Source: Bacteroidota bacterium
GTDB lineage: Bacteria; Bacteroidota; Bacteroidia; J057; JADKCL01
Reading direction: 5' to 3'
Assembly: GCA_039024435.1 (NCBI GenBank)
Contig: JBCCQH010000027.1
Location: forward strand, 1,963 to 65,962
DNA: 64,000 bases
Shown here: one piece after another, positions 19,197 through 30,079 of the stretch
Position numbering within the stretch: the stretch's first letter is position 1
Layout: every line of letters starts with the position of its first letter
Translations under genes and position numbers: made by a program
Notes under the pieces: generated by a model
Databases searched by the model: none
Told to the model about the DNA's origin: nothing
The model's input: only the letters and a program-made list of their open reading frames with translations

Positions 19197-19233
19197 TTAA
19201 AAATGCCACCTCATTCTTGCGAATCAGGTGGCA
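19197..19233 (-). terminator. rho-independent terminator after accC
   Basis: Minus-strand hairpin TGCCACCT...AGGTGGCA followed by TTTTT. Confidence 0.6.
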
Positions 19234-19272
19234 GTGGCTCAGGAGCAGAAAGCGGGGACAGAAGCCGTTACC

Positions 19273-20628
19273 TCAGCCCTTTTTCATGATCTCGCTCTGC
19301 TCCAAGTATTTCGTTGAATACACACCCGAACGAAAGACCTCGTCGCGCATGAGGCGCTTGTGAAAAGGAATCGTCGTATGCACCCCTTCCACGATGAACT
19401 CTTCTAGGGCGCGTTCCATCTTGGCGATGACTTCCTCGCGGGTACGCGCGGTCACGATCAGTTTCCCGATCATCGAGTCGTAGTACGGCGGAATCACGTA
19501 ACCGGAGTAGGCGTGGGTATCGACCCGTACCCCATGTCCGCCCGGCTTGTGGAACTCCTTGATGCGTCCCGGACTGGGCCGGAAATCATTGAAGGGGTCC
19601 TCCGCATTGATGCGCACCTCCATGGAGTGGATGTCCTTGGGGAAGTAGTGATTTCCGGAAACCTCGATCCCGGCCGCCGCCTTGATTTGTTCCTTGATCA
19701 AGTCATAATTGAACACTTCCTCGGTCACCGGGTGCTCGACCTGGATCCGGGTGTTCATCTCCATGAAGTAAAACTTGCCGGTATCATCCACGATGAACTC
19801 GACGGTACCGGCACCTTCGTACTGGACTGATTTTGCGGCTTTGATGGCAGCATCGCCCATCTTTTTCCGGAGCTTGTCCGTCATGAAGGGAGCGGGGCTC
19901 GGGCTTTCTTCCACAAGTTTTTGGTGGCGGCGCTGGATCGTGCAGTCGCGCTCGCTCAAGTGGGAAACGTTGCCGTATTGGTCGCCGACCACCTGAATCT
20001 CGATGTGGCGGGGATTGACGATGAATTTCTCCATGTACATCCCATCGTTGCCAAATGCTGCGCCGGCTTCTTTGCGGGCCGATTCCCAGGCTGCCTCGAT
20101 TTCTTCTTCTTCATTGACGATGCGCATCCCTTTGCCGCCCCCGCCCGCGGTGGCTTTGAGCAGTACTGGATATCCGATTTTCGCGCCGACCTTTCTGGCG
20201 TGCTCCAAGTCGCGCAAGAGGCCGTCGGAACCAGGCACCACCGGAACTCCGGCTTTTTTCATCGTCGATTTTGCGGAGGCCTTGTCGCCCATGCCGTTGA
20301 TGGCTTCCGGCGACGGCCCGATGAATTTGATGCCGTAATCACCGCATACCTGAGCAAATTCGGCGTTTTCCGCAAGAAATCCGTATCCTGGGTGAATGCC
20401 ATCGACACCGGTAATTTCGGCCGCCGCGATGATATTCGGGATGTTCAGGTAGCTTTCTTTGCCGGAAGGCGGGCCAATGCAGACCGCTTCATCAGCAAAT
20501 CGTACGTGCAGGGAGTCGCGGTCGGCGGTAGAGTAGACCGCGACCGTTCCGATTCCCATTTCTTTTGCGGTACGTATAATGCGGAGCGCGATCTCACCGC
20601 GGTTCGCAATCAGTATTTTGTTGAACAC
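19273..20628 (-). CDS. accC: acetyl-CoA carboxylase biotin carboxylase subunit
   Basis: Colinear throughout with AccC: [49 protein letters not shown] start. Confidence 0.95.
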   Translation of the reverse strand: MFNKILIANRGEIALRIIRTAKEMGIGTVAVYSTADRDSLHVRFADEAVCIGPPSGKESYLNIPNIIAAAEITGVDGIHPGYGFLAENAEFAQVCGDYGIKFIGPSPEAINGMGDKASAKSTMKKAGVPVVPGSDGLLRDLEHARKVGAKIGYPVLLKATAGGGGKGMRIVNEEEEIEAAWESARKEAGAAFGNDGMYMEKFIVNPRHIEIQVVGDQYGNVSHLSERDCTIQRRHQKLVEESPSPAPFMTDKLRKKMGDAAIKAAKSVQYEGAGTVEFIVDDTGKFYFMEMNTRIQVEHPVTEEVFNYDLIKEQIKAAAGIEVSGNHYFPKDIHSMEVRINAEDPFNDFRPSPGRIKEFHKPGGHGVRVDTHAYSGYVIPPYYDSMIGKLIVTARTREEVIAKMERALEEFIVEGVHTTIPFHKRLMRDEVFRSGVYSTKYLEQSEIMKKG

Positions 20629-20640
20629 AAGCGTCCTCCT

Positions 20641-21150
20641 TTATGCAAGCTCAATCAGGAAAAGGGGCTGCTCATATTCGACTGGCTGAGCATTTTCCAC
20701 CAGGACTTTGACCACCGTCCCCGACACGTCGGATTCGATCTCATTGAAGAGTTTCATGGCTTCAATGATGCCGAGCAGGTCACCCGGACTCACCTGGTCG
20801 CCGGCCTTGACGAAGGGTGGCTTGTCCGGCGAGGGCGCACGGTAAAACGTTCCAATGAAGGGCGCTTTGAATTCGAAGAGATTTTTGTTGCTGTCTTCAG
20901 CGGCAGCTTTTGCCGGAGCGGCATCTTTGGCCGGCTCTTCCTTAGCGACCGGAGCCGGAACTTGCGGAACTGCCGCGACCGGAGCCTGCGCCTGCGGGAC
21001 AACTTGCTGGGCGGGAACCGTATTGTAAATGATATTTTCCGGAAGACGACGCTGTACGCGAAGTTTGAAATCTTTCATCTCAAGCTCTACGTCGGTCAAG
21101 TTCGTCCGATTGATGTATTTCAGGAGTTCCTGGATCTCTTTGATTTCCAT
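20641..21150 (-). CDS. accB: acetyl-CoA carboxylase biotin carboxyl carrier protein
   Basis: Ala/Pro-rich linker and the biotinylation motif [10 protein letters not shown]. Confidence 0.9.
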   Translation of the reverse strand: MEIKEIQELLKYINRTNLTDVELEMKDFKLRVQRRLPENIIYNTVPAQQVVPQAQAPVAAVPQVPAPVAKEEPAKDAAPAKAAAEDSNKNLFEFKAPFIGTFYRAPSPDKPPFVKAGDQVSPGDLLGIIEAMKLFNEIESDVSGTVVKVLVENAQPVEYEQPLFLIELA

Positions 21151-21180
21151 GATTGAGTGTTTTGGACGGTGAATGGAGAA

Positions 21181-21747
21181 CTATGCTCTGGAACGTTCCA
21201 TGTAGGAGCCGTCCTCGGTGTTGATTTTCACCCGATCACCGATGTTGATGAACAGTGGGACCCGAATTTCGGCACCCGTTTCCACCGTGGCCGGCTTGAG
21301 GGTATTGGTGGCGGTATCGCCCTTGATCCCGGGTTCGGTATAGGTCACTTCCAGTACCACCGTGGCCGGAGGATCCACCGTCAAAATGGACTCGTCGGCA
21401 GTATTGAACAGGATTTCAACCATGTCACCTTCCTTGATAAACTTAGCGGCAGGTATGTTTTCGGCCAATACCGGAATCTGCTCAAATGTCTCGGTGTCCA
21501 TCAGCATGTAGCTGTCCGATTCCCGATACAAGTACTGGTACTTGCGCCGCTCTACCCGAACGATGTCAATCTTGGCCCCGGAGGGGTAAGTGTTGTCGAG
21601 CACCTTGCCGGTAGTAAGGCTTTTGAGCTTCGTGCGCACAAATGCCGGACCTTTACCGGGTTTCACGTGCAGGAACTCCACAATCGTGAAAATGTCGCTA
21701 TTGTGCCTGATGGTCAGGCCTTTCCGAATTTCAGAGGTTGAACCCAT
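21181..21747 (-). CDS. efp: elongation factor P
   Basis: Starts at the internal ATG (MGSTSEIRKGL..). Contains HVKPGKGPAFVRTKLK and is 188 aa long. Confidence 0.92.
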   Translation of the reverse strand: MGSTSEIRKGLTIRHNSDIFTIVEFLHVKPGKGPAFVRTKLKSLTTGKVLDNTYPSGAKIDIVRVERRKYQYLYRESDSYMLMDTETFEQIPVLAENIPAAKFIKEGDMVEILFNTADESILTVDPPATVVLEVTYTEPGIKGDTATNTLKPATVETGAEIRVPLFINIGDRVKINTEDGSYMERSRA

Positions 21748-22012
21748 ATTGTTACGCGTTTTTTCAGGCGTGCAAAATAATAAAAAAAAGAACACCGCAT
21801 TGAACCGTGATTGCTGCGGGGGGACGGGCATTTTGCCCCGAGCAAGGCAATCTTCGAAGGTTTGAAGTTGATCGTTGGGCCTGCTCGGCTAGCTCGATAA
21901 GCATCGTGATCCTGATCTCCTCCCGCTGACCTCTCGACGCAAGGAGGGATCTTTCACGCGGTGATTTTCCGCTCTCCCAACCCCATAAGCCCACCAGAAA
22001 GAACAAAAACCC

Positions 22013-23677
22013 ATGAACGTGGTCGCCGCGTTTGATCGTAACCGGTCCTCCCGGACCGTTGATCACTCCTTCGCTCGTGGCTTTGCAATTTGTGTAACTT
22101 GCGCCATGGCCAATGCGGTTTCTGTGCGCGAATCATTGGGGCGCTCGCTGCTTTTGTTCCTGGCGGCGCTGCTGCCATCGGCACTGGTGGCCATTTTCCG
22201 CTACGACTGGAGTCTACCCCCCTTCGAAGATGCAGCCATGCTTATGCGGTACGCCGGCCATTTTGCGGAGGGATACGGCATCGTTTGGAATCCGGGCGAT
22301 CCTCCAGTCGACGGTGCTACCGATTTTCTTTTCATGGTGCTGGTCGCCGGAGTTCACAAGCTGGGATTTTCCCTGCCGGATGCAGTGCGGCTGTTGAGTA
22401 CATTGGCCCATGTCGCAACCCTGTGGCTGGTCTTTCGGATCAATGTCCGCCGGCATCGTACGGGGGTGGGCATCGCTTTGGCTTCGGTGGCTTACTTGAG
22501 CTTGGGACCGGGGCTGGTGTACCTAGAATCGTACTTTGGTACGCCGGTGTTTGCGCTGGCCGGGCTGCTGACCTACCGGAGTTTTCTCTGGTTGTTGCAG
22601 CGGGACCGGCCCTCGGATGCCCTTCAGTTTGCGATTTGGGGATTGGTCACGGGCTTGATCCGGCCGGAAGGCGTCTTGCTGGCGGGGGCCATGCTGGTGA
22701 CCTTATTCGTGGCCAAAGGGGGAAAGGCATTTCGCCCGATTGTCCTCGCCTTTGGGATGGTTTTCGGGGTCCTCGGCGGGGCGTATTTCATTTGGCACTG
22801 GTGGTACTTTGGCCATCCCCTGCCGAATCCGTTTTACATCAAAGGTGGGGGCGCGATCTATGTGTCCAGCCTCCGGGCCGCGGTCATCAATACCATGTTG
22901 CTGGCCCTGCCCTTGCTTCCGCTGTTTCTCTACGGAATGTGGAAACAGCGGATGCGCCCCCGGGTGATCATTCTGCTGGCCCCCGTCGTAGGGTTCGTGG
23001 TGGTCTGGATCCTCATGTCCAATGCCATGAATTACGCCATGCGGTTCCAGTATGTCCTGCTTCCCATCCTCATGGTGGCCTGGACGCCGATCCTACAGGA
23101 TCTCCTGCGGAACTATCCGCAGCGCGCCTGGTTGCGCATCGCGGGCAGCGTCCTGGTGGTCGCTGCATTGACTTACCAATACCTCCGCTACCACGATGCG
23201 GCGCGCATGTTTCCGGATGGTCGGGTGGAGTTGGCCAGGACCCTGGCACCCTTTGCCGGGAAGGGCTATACTATGGCGGTCACCGAAGCGGGCAATTTGC
23301 CTCTGTTCAGCCAGTGGCGCGCAGTCGATACCTGGGGATTGAATGACCGGGAAATCGCCCACGCGGGCAGCGTGACCACGGAGTATCTGGACCGTTACCG
23401 CCCGGAGATGATCGTGGTCCACGACTATTGGGCGCCGGGCTACGAAAAGCGCATTCAGGAACCCAAATGGGCCCGGATGACGGACACCTTGGAAACTTAC
23501 GTGGCGGCGCGGGGATACAAACTGGTGGCGTGCTACGGGGCAGATCCCCACAATACGCATTTTTACTACCTGCTTCCCGACTTTCCCGATTTTGCGCGCA
23601 TCCGAACCCTGATTCGCAATCTCCCCTATCCCTGGTACGAAAATGGACGTCCCGCGGTGAACTTTGTCCCCAAGTAG
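22013..23677 (+). CDS. polytopic membrane protein, possibly a GT-C-type glycosyl/arabinosyltransferase
   Basis: At least 10 hydrophobic segments. The N-terminal block EDAAMLMRYAGHFAEGYGIVWNPGDPPVDGATDFLF resembles membrane arabinofuranosyl/mannosyltransferase N-termini. ATG at 22106 is an alternative start. Confidence 0.4.
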   Translation: MNVVAAFDRNRSSRTVDHSFARGFAICVTCAMANAVSVRESLGRSLLLFLAALLPSALVAIFRYDWSLPPFEDAAMLMRYAGHFAEGYGIVWNPGDPPVDGATDFLFMVLVAGVHKLGFSLPDAVRLLSTLAHVATLWLVFRINVRRHRTGVGIALASVAYLSLGPGLVYLESYFGTPVFALAGLLTYRSFLWLLQRDRPSDALQFAIWGLVTGLIRPEGVLLAGAMLVTLFVAKGGKAFRPIVLAFGMVFGVLGGAYFIWHWWYFGHPLPNPFYIKGGGAIYVSSLRAAVINTMLLALPLLPLFLYGMWKQRMRPRVIILLAPVVGFVVVWILMSNAMNYAMRFQYVLLPILMVAWTPILQDLLRNYPQRAWLRIAGSVLVVAALTYQYLRYHDAARMFPDGRVELARTLAPFAGKGYTMAVTEAGNLPLFSQWRAVDTWGLNDREIAHAGSVTTEYLDRYRPEMIVVHDYWAPGYEKRIQEPKWARMTDTLETYVAARGYKLVACYGADPHNTHFYYLLPDFPDFARIRTLIRNLPYPWYENGRPAVNFVPK

Positions 23678-23752
23678 CTCGGCAAGTCATATATTTGCCC
23701 CTGAGTAAGCAGACAGCTCAATCAAGTTCAACTTTACCGCGATTTTTCGGTT

Positions 23753-24871
23753 ATGCAGACGATGAAACATTCTATCCGATTTTGGGTCGTACTCCCTCTG
23801 CTCGTGGCGCTGGGCGGCGGGCTGCCGGCTCAGGACTGCAATTGGCGGGCCCTTCCCGGTATCCAGGGCCAGCCGACGGTGCTGGAACTGCTGACCGGGC
23901 GCTTTTCCGTGGGACAAGGCCGCGAACTGGTCGCCGCCCGCGAGAGTGCTTTTCCGGAGAAATGGCTGGACTATCCCCTCGAAACCCTGCCGCTTGACTC
24001 CGGCGAAACCCGGGGGGCGATTTTTCAGGCTGCCTGGGCGGACATGTCCGGCTGGACCTTCACCGAGGGCGGCCAAGGCGATTTCACGTTCCCTTCTCCG
24101 GATGGCGCCCACATGTTTGCCATGGCCGGTTACGGTTTGAATGAAGACACCGATTGCGGGCTGCGGTTTTTCCGCCTGGCGGGAAGTTACCTGCAGACCT
24201 ACGGAGATGGTCAAACCCCGATTTTCCCCAATTTCAATGGTGGGTTTTACAACTACCTCAAGGACTCCCTGTTCTGGGGAGCGGCGGATACGCTGGACTA
24301 CGACCGGGCGCTGGCGGCGACCGTGGAAATGGTGCAACTCACCCGGGCCCAGACCCCAGCATTCCTGGAGTTGCTGGGCGATCTACTGGTACAGCACCGC
24401 AATTCATTCGTGGGCAATTACTTCGGCTACCTGGCCTACATGAAAGCAGGACTGGCCTCAGGGGAGGGCTTTCGGGAAGAATACGAACGCAAGGCGATTT
24501 TTGCCCTGGAAGCACCGCGCACCAGTGAAGACCGCTTTGATCGGTACCGCTACACCCAATTGCGCAAAGCACTCGCGGAAGATTCGCGCGACGTAAAAGT
24601 GGTCGCGGACGTTGCAGAAGTGGACTTGGCCCCTCCGGTGCGCTTTTTCCCCGACCGCTACGATGGCCGCCTGCAGGGCATGCTGGAAACATCCCAGGCC
24701 CAGCTCAAAAAGCGCGCTGAACGCAAGCTAAAATTTGCCGAAGAGGTGGACCGCGGCGACGTCAAAAGCGATGGCCGCTTCAATTCTTATGCCCTGTTCC
24801 TGATCGCCGTGATCCTCGGTTCGGTGGTCTTTTTCTGGATCCGCCTGCGCCGGGCCGCCCGCACGCGGTAG
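23753..24871 (+). CDS. hypothetical exported protein with C-terminal TM anchor
   Basis: Signal peptide (WVVLPLLVALGGGLPAQ) and a C-terminal TM (YALFLIAVILGSVVFFWI) with a basic tail. No family recognised. Confidence 0.5.
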   Translation: MQTMKHSIRFWVVLPLLVALGGGLPAQDCNWRALPGIQGQPTVLELLTGRFSVGQGRELVAARESAFPEKWLDYPLETLPLDSGETRGAIFQAAWADMSGWTFTEGGQGDFTFPSPDGAHMFAMAGYGLNEDTDCGLRFFRLAGSYLQTYGDGQTPIFPNFNGGFYNYLKDSLFWGAADTLDYDRALAATVEMVQLTRAQTPAFLELLGDLLVQHRNSFVGNYFGYLAYMKAGLASGEGFREEYERKAIFALEAPRTSEDRFDRYRYTQLRKALAEDSRDVKVVADVAEVDLAPPVRFFPDRYDGRLQGMLETSQAQLKKRAERKLKFAEEVDRGDVKSDGRFNSYALFLIAVILGSVVFFWIRLRRAARTR

Positions 24872-24910
24872 TCATCGGCAGAAGTCCCGCATTCTCCCAA
24901 AATTCAACTT

Positions 24911-25384
24911 ATGTCCTGGACCCGAAGCAAAGGCATGCAGCAAATGGGGCGCTACTGCGCTTACCAAGAGCGGAGCCACTCCGAGGTCCGCCGGAAACTG
25001 CGGCAACTCAAGTGTCCTCCCGATGAAGCCGAGGAGGTCATGGTGCAGTTGATTGAAATGGGATTCCTGAACGAAGAGCGGTTCGCGCGGAGCTACGCCC
25101 GGGGAAAATTCCGGCAAAAATCCTGGGGCCGGCACAAAATTCGCCAGGGACTTCGGGAAAAAGGCATCGGGGAACACCTGCTCGAAATGGCCCTGCGGGA
25201 AGAGATTTCCGAGACCGATTACCGGGACACTTTGCGGCGGGAAATGCAGAAAAAATGGCCCACCGAAACGCCTCCCGGCTACGAAGACCGGCAGAAAGTC
25301 CGCCAACATTTCATCCGGCGCGGATTTGAATGGGAACTGGTCGACGAAATCGCAAATGCGCTTTTTGGTTCGGACCGTGCTTAA
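24911..25384 (+). CDS. recX: RecX family regulatory protein
   Basis: 157 aa with CAYQERSHSEVRRKL and repeated three-helix units (FLNEERFARSYARGK, IRQGLREKGI). Confidence 0.72.
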   Translation: MSWTRSKGMQQMGRYCAYQERSHSEVRRKLRQLKCPPDEAEEVMVQLIEMGFLNEERFARSYARGKFRQKSWGRHKIRQGLREKGIGEHLLEMALREEISETDYRDTLRREMQKKWPTETPPGYEDRQKVRQHFIRRGFEWELVDEIANALFGSDRA

Positions 25385-25505
25385 AATTGCGGGGCTTTGC
25401 CTATCTTACGCCCTCCATCTTCATCGTTCAAGTTTTCCGAATCGGCGGGCAGTACGCCCGGCGGTCTCTCGGGCAAACCCAACCGACAATCGATACCGAC
25501 ACCTG

Positions 25506-28500
25506 ATGGTTTCCAAATTTCCATTCTGGTTGCTGCACGCGAGCTTACTGCTGCTGCTCAATGGGCCGATGAATCACCTGCGCGCCCAGGTGATCGCGGC
25601 GACCCACTTTGATGTGGAAGAGGGGCTGCCCAGCAACAATGTCTACCGGGCCATGCAGGACACCAAGGGATTCATGTGGTTCCCCACCGATGCGGGCGTG
25701 GTGCGCTACGACGGCAAAACGTTTGAGATTTTTACCCGGGAGGATGGGGTCACCAACAATGACGTCCTCGGGATTTACGAAGACTCACAGGGAAGGATTT
25801 GGTTTCTGACCCTGGCCGGAGGGCTGTGTTACTACTACAAAGGTCGGATCTACCATCCCAAGAACCATCCGGCCCTGGCGGATGGCCCCAAGGACTCTTT
25901 TGTCGGAATGGCGTTTGAAGATTCCCGCCGCCGTCTCTGGTTCGCGACCCGCAGTGAAGGGGTATACTGCCTCGATGGCCGGAAGCTGATTCATTACTCC
26001 ATGCCCTACGATGTCTTCAAAATGGGTACCGGCGGCTTCATCGAGGAAGAAGGTCGCATCTACGCCCGGCTGTACGGCGAGCTGTGGCAGATTTACCCCG
26101 AAGAAAAGTGCATCCGGGAAATGGACGTGGGATTTACCCTCCAGTCGGCAAACTACTCGCGCTGGGACCTCGCCTGCGCCCTGCTCTGCGATTTCAACGG
26201 CCAACTCATCCGGCAGTCCGTGCGCACGGACTCGGTGATTGTTGTTTCAAGCCGGGCGCCCTACAAGACTTATTACACCAATCTCATCGGCGATACGGCC
26301 ATCTGGCTGAACAACAATTCGGGAGGGGTCGAGGAGTTTCGGATGGACCCGGCGACCGCTCACTGGCAAAGTCACCGGACATTGCTGGAAAATGAAATGG
26401 TCAACTCGGTGGAAGTGGACCGTGAAGGCAACACCTGGGTCACTACCCGCGGCAATGGCGTGTTCATGTACCGTCCCCAAAAGATCATCAATGTCCCCGG
26501 GAAAGACGGGGAAGGGATTCGCAGCCTTTTTCGGCGCGCAGATGGCTACTACTGGATGACCACGACCGACCAGCACCTGGCGCGTTCTCGAACCACCAAT
26601 TTGCAAGATGGATATACCGTCTTCAATTACTTCTTCGGGTCGGAATTCAATGGTTTTGTGGAACTGAAAGACAAGCGGCTGCTGGCCTACGGGCCGGGGG
26701 CGGTGCTGATGAAGCGGTTTGACTTTGACTCGATTTCCCTCGAGCAGTCCTTTACACCAGTTCACCCTCTGGACGACGAACCCCCGATCTACGAGTCTAC
26801 CGAAGTCAATCACATCGGGGGAGCAGGAAGCATCAAAAAAATTTACCTCAGCGAGGAAAATACCATCTGGATCGTCAGCAACCGGTACTTCGCGTCATTC
26901 AACTACCATTCAGTGGACCAGTACGAAATCAAACGCATTTTTCCGGGACGATTTACTTCCGTGACCGAGGACGATGGGGGCACGCTGTGGATCGGCAAGG
27001 ACAATGGCTTGTTCCGCTACGTGGACGGTGAGCTGGTGAGTTACCAGGACAAGCACACGGCGTTTTCCACTGCGCCACTGGACCTGGCATTCAGCAACCG
27101 GACCGGACTTTGGATCGCAACCAATGGGCAGGGCCTGATCAACTACGATCCCCGCACCGGCAAGATCATCGCCATCGGGGAGGAAGAGGGCCTGGCCGCC
27201 AATCTGTGCCAGCGCATCTACCTCCGCGGTGACGAGCAACTCTGGGTGGCGACCAAGCGCGGTATCAGTTGCATCAATTTGCGGGGTGACATGACGAATC
27301 TGCCCGGCACCACGATCAATTCCATGAGCCGAGAGGAGGGCCTGATCGCCAATGAGGTGTTCAGCCTCGCATTTGTGGGGGACACGGTGGTAGCGGCGAC
27401 CCCCAAGGGCCTTTCCATTTTCCACAAAAAGGAAATCGACTACGAGCTGCCGCCGCCTTTTACCGTTCTGAAAAATATCCGGCAGGGCAACCAAATCTAT
27501 CTGCCGGACGAGTCGCTCTCGTTTTCCTTCCAGGAGAATTCGCCGATCTTTTACCCCGCCGGAATTTCGTTTGGCAGTGGCAAGGAAATCGACTTTCGCT
27601 ACCGCCTCGACCCCATCGACGACCAGTGGCACGAGACTGAACTGCCGGAGATCGTCTACAACCAGCTTCCACCAAACGATTATGTATTCCGGCTGCGCTC
27701 CATCAACAAGGACGGGATCATTTCGGACTCCGAAGCCCGGTACACCTTTAAGGTGCGCAAAGCCTGGTGGCACACCTGGTGGTTCCGCAGTGGGGGGATC
27801 TTTTTGGCCTTTGGGCTACTTTGGGTGGGGATCAATTGGCGGTACCAACAGCGCAACGTGCGGGTTGAGATGCAGCGGAAACTGGTCGATGCCGAGCGCA
27901 AAGCCCTCCGCGCCCAGATGAACCCGCACTTCATCTTCAACTCCTTGAATTCCATTCAGAATTTTCTGGCCCGCAACGACCGCAAAGCGGCCTACACTTA
28001 TCTGGCACGGTTCGGGAAGCTGATGCGCAACATCTTAGAGAACTCGGACAAAACCAGCGTCTCGGTCGACGAGGAATTAACGGTGCTGCGGTTGTATTTG
28101 CAGATGGAAGCCCTCCGGGCGGATCACCGATTCCAATATGCAATCACCCTCGACGATTCCATCCGCCCCCTCAACGACCGCATCCCACCCATGCTCCTCC
28201 AACCCTACGTGGAAAACGCCATCTGGCACGGGGTCATGCCCCTGGAGTCAGGGGGCCGCATCGATGTCCATTTGCAGCGGGAAAACGATGGCATCCTGTG
28301 CCGAATCGAAGACAACGGTGTCGGGCGGGAAGCCGCTTCCCGGAACCGCAACCAACCCGGCCAGGTCAAGGTCCGTTCATTTGGCACCCGGATCACCGAG
28401 GAGCGCCTGGACCTGATGAACAATCGCCAGAAGCGCAACATCACAGTGCGCATCACCGACCTCAAAAACCCCGAAGACCAGGCCTGTGGCACCCGGGTCG

Positions 28501-28532
28501 AACTGTTTGTACCGCTATTTTCCGTCGAATAG
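25506..28532 (+). CDS. sensor histidine kinase: periplasmic two-component-regulator propeller repeats + TM + LytS/YehU-type kinase
   Basis: Signal peptide at the internal ATG at 25506. Repeated propeller motifs (MWFPTDAGVVRYDG, IWFLTLAGGLCYY, LWIGKDNGLFRY, LWIATNGQGLINY, LWVATKRGISCI) and a TM (FLAFGLLWVGI) follow. The kinase part shows LRAQMNPHFIFNSLNSI and LLQPYVENAIWHG. Confidence 0.82.
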   Translation: MVSKFPFWLLHASLLLLLNGPMNHLRAQVIAATHFDVEEGLPSNNVYRAMQDTKGFMWFPTDAGVVRYDGKTFEIFTREDGVTNNDVLGIYEDSQGRIWFLTLAGGLCYYYKGRIYHPKNHPALADGPKDSFVGMAFEDSRRRLWFATRSEGVYCLDGRKLIHYSMPYDVFKMGTGGFIEEEGRIYARLYGELWQIYPEEKCIREMDVGFTLQSANYSRWDLACALLCDFNGQLIRQSVRTDSVIVVSSRAPYKTYYTNLIGDTAIWLNNNSGGVEEFRMDPATAHWQSHRTLLENEMVNSVEVDREGNTWVTTRGNGVFMYRPQKIINVPGKDGEGIRSLFRRADGYYWMTTTDQHLARSRTTNLQDGYTVFNYFFGSEFNGFVELKDKRLLAYGPGAVLMKRFDFDSISLEQSFTPVHPLDDEPPIYESTEVNHIGGAGSIKKIYLSEENTIWIVSNRYFASFNYHSVDQYEIKRIFPGRFTSVTEDDGGTLWIGKDNGLFRYVDGELVSYQDKHTAFSTAPLDLAFSNRTGLWIATNGQGLINYDPRTGKIIAIGEEEGLAANLCQRIYLRGDEQLWVATKRGISCINLRGDMTNLPGTTINSMSREEGLIANEVFSLAFVGDTVVAATPKGLSIFHKKEIDYELPPPFTVLKNIRQGNQIYLPDESLSFSFQENSPIFYPAGISFGSGKEIDFRYRLDPIDDQWHETELPEIVYNQLPPNDYVFRLRSINKDGIISDSEARYTFKVRKAWWHTWWFRSGGIFLAFGLLWVGINWRYQQRNVRVEMQRKLVDAERKALRAQMNPHFIFNSLNSIQNFLARNDRKAAYTYLARFGKLMRNILENSDKTSVSVDEELTVLRLYLQMEALRADHRFQYAITLDDSIRPLNDRIPPMLLQPYVENAIWHGVMPLESGGRIDVHLQRENDGILCRIEDNGVGREAASRNRNQPGQVKVRSFGTRITEERLDLMNNRQKRNITVRITDLKNPEDQACGTRVELFVPLFSVE

Positions 28533-28597
28533 CCTTTGCCCGGATGATTCCAACCCGCAATTTTAAATGATCGCTTAATCAACAAAACCCAAGTAAA

Positions 28598-29353
28598 ATG
28601 TCAGAATTTACCGCCTTGATCGTCGACGATGAACGCAGCAACCGCGAATTTCTCACGGTAATCCTGGAAGATTTCTGCCCGGAAATCCGGGTGGTGGGCC
28701 AGGCTGATTCGGTGAAAATGGGATTGGAGCAGTTGGAGGAGCACGATCCGGACATTCTGTTTCTGGACGTTAAAATGCCGAATGGAGATGGCTTTCAACT
28801 CTTGGAACAAGTCGAGAAGCCACGGTTCCAGCTCATCTTCACTACCGCCTACGACCAGTACGCGATCCGATCATTCAAGTACAGCGCGGTCGATTACCTC
28901 CTCAAGCCAGTAGATCCCGAAGACATGGTCCGGGCGGTCAATCGCGCCAAGGAGCGCCTAAGCAAAGGCGAACTCAACGTACAGTTGGAAGCCTTGCTGG
29001 AAAATCTGCGGCAGCAAGGATCTGGCCCCCGTAAGCTCATCGTACCCGACCAGCACGGATTCGTTGTGATCCGCGTAGAGGAAGTCATCCGGGTAGAAGC
29101 CGAAGGGAATTATTCCACCATTGTGCTGACTTCTCGCAAGGAGATACTCGCCTCCAAACCAATCAAGTACTTTGAAAAGCTGCTGGAGGGGAAGGAATTT
29201 GCCCGAATCCACAACAAATACCTGGTGAACTTGGACCACGTAGTAAAGTACCTACGGCGGCGGCGGCCGGTCGTGGTCACCAGCGACGGAATGGAATTGG
29301 AAGTTTCGCGGCGAAAAAAAGAGGAGTTCCTAAAGCGCCTGATCGGCCAGTGA
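28598..29353 (+). CDS. LytR/AlgR-family response regulator (REC + LytTR)
   Basis: REC domain: ALIVDDE, LFLDVKMPNGDG. LytTR domain: IRVEAEGNYSTIVL, HNKYLVNLDHV. Confidence 0.88.
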   Translation: MSEFTALIVDDERSNREFLTVILEDFCPEIRVVGQADSVKMGLEQLEEHDPDILFLDVKMPNGDGFQLLEQVEKPRFQLIFTTAYDQYAIRSFKYSAVDYLLKPVDPEDMVRAVNRAKERLSKGELNVQLEALLENLRQQGSGPRKLIVPDQHGFVVIRVEEVIRVEAEGNYSTIVLTSRKEILASKPIKYFEKLLEGKEFARIHNKYLVNLDHVVKYLRRRRPVVVTSDGMELEVSRRKKEEFLKRLIGQ

Positions 29354-29359
29354 GGGGAC

Positions 29360-29887
29360 TCAATACGTCAAGTCGACCCGAGGCATCATGTTGCGGATGG
29401 CAATCACCTCATCCGGGGTAATGCGGTTCCGGGAGATGTCCAGGCGGCGCAGACGGCCCATTCCTCCCACCCAAACCGGCAAGAAAGTCAGGCGATTGCG
29501 CCCCAAATAGAGGACTTCCAGTTTGGAGAGTTCCCGGAATTCCGGAGGGATAAATTTGAGCTTGTTGCCGTAGAGGCTGAGCATTTGCAGGTGCTTCAGA
29601 TTTTTAATTTCGATGGGCAATGCTTTGAGACCGCAGTTGCTGAGGTTGAGCACCTGTAAGTTTTTGAGTTTGCCGATTTCCGGGGGGAGAGCTTTGAGTT
29701 GCTGATCCGAGAGGGACAGTTTGTACACCTTATCTGGATCGGCGAGGGCGGATTCCAAGTCGTAGAACCAGTTTTTATCGCGCAGTTGCGAGGCGCTCAA
29801 CAACCGGCCATTGCTGCCCTCATTTTGGGCCAGCAGCGGAAGACTCAACAAGGAAAAAGCAAAGAATAATACAGCAACTCTTTTCAT
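29360..29887 (-). CDS. secreted leucine-rich-repeat protein
   Basis: Signal peptide MKRVAVLFFAFSLLSLPLLAQ at the internal ATG at 29887, followed by LRR units (LQVLNLSNCGLKALP, LQMLSLYGNKLKFIP, LEVLYLGRNRLTFLP, LRRLDISRNRI). Confidence 0.72.
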   Translation of the reverse strand: MKRVAVLFFAFSLLSLPLLAQNEGSNGRLLSASQLRDKNWFYDLESALADPDKVYKLSLSDQQLKALPPEIGKLKNLQVLNLSNCGLKALPIEIKNLKHLQMLSLYGNKLKFIPPEFRELSKLEVLYLGRNRLTFLPVWVGGMGRLRRLDISRNRITPDEVIAIRNMMPRVDLTY

Positions 29888-30079
29888 ACAGTAAAATCGT
29901 TTATCGGCGGTCCGAGTGGGGACATTGCGCGACACCATGCGGCAGTTTGAAAATAGCATTAATCCCGAAGCGTGTTTATTCATTGCGGAACAATTGGCCC
30001 GGCCTGCCTCAACAGGAATACCAAAAATAACAAATCTCCGCAAATGCCCCAACAAAAGGGGAAATTGACGGGAAAAACG

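Noticed and set aside
19921-21156. 411-aa plus-strand ORF across accC and accB
   Set aside because: It is antisense to two unmistakable housekeeping genes, so it is a shadow ORF.
22090-23346. 418-aa alternative-frame ORF inside the polytopic membrane protein gene
   Set aside because: The product is Arg/Gly/Pro/Ala-rich. The frame at 22013 gives regular TM helices.
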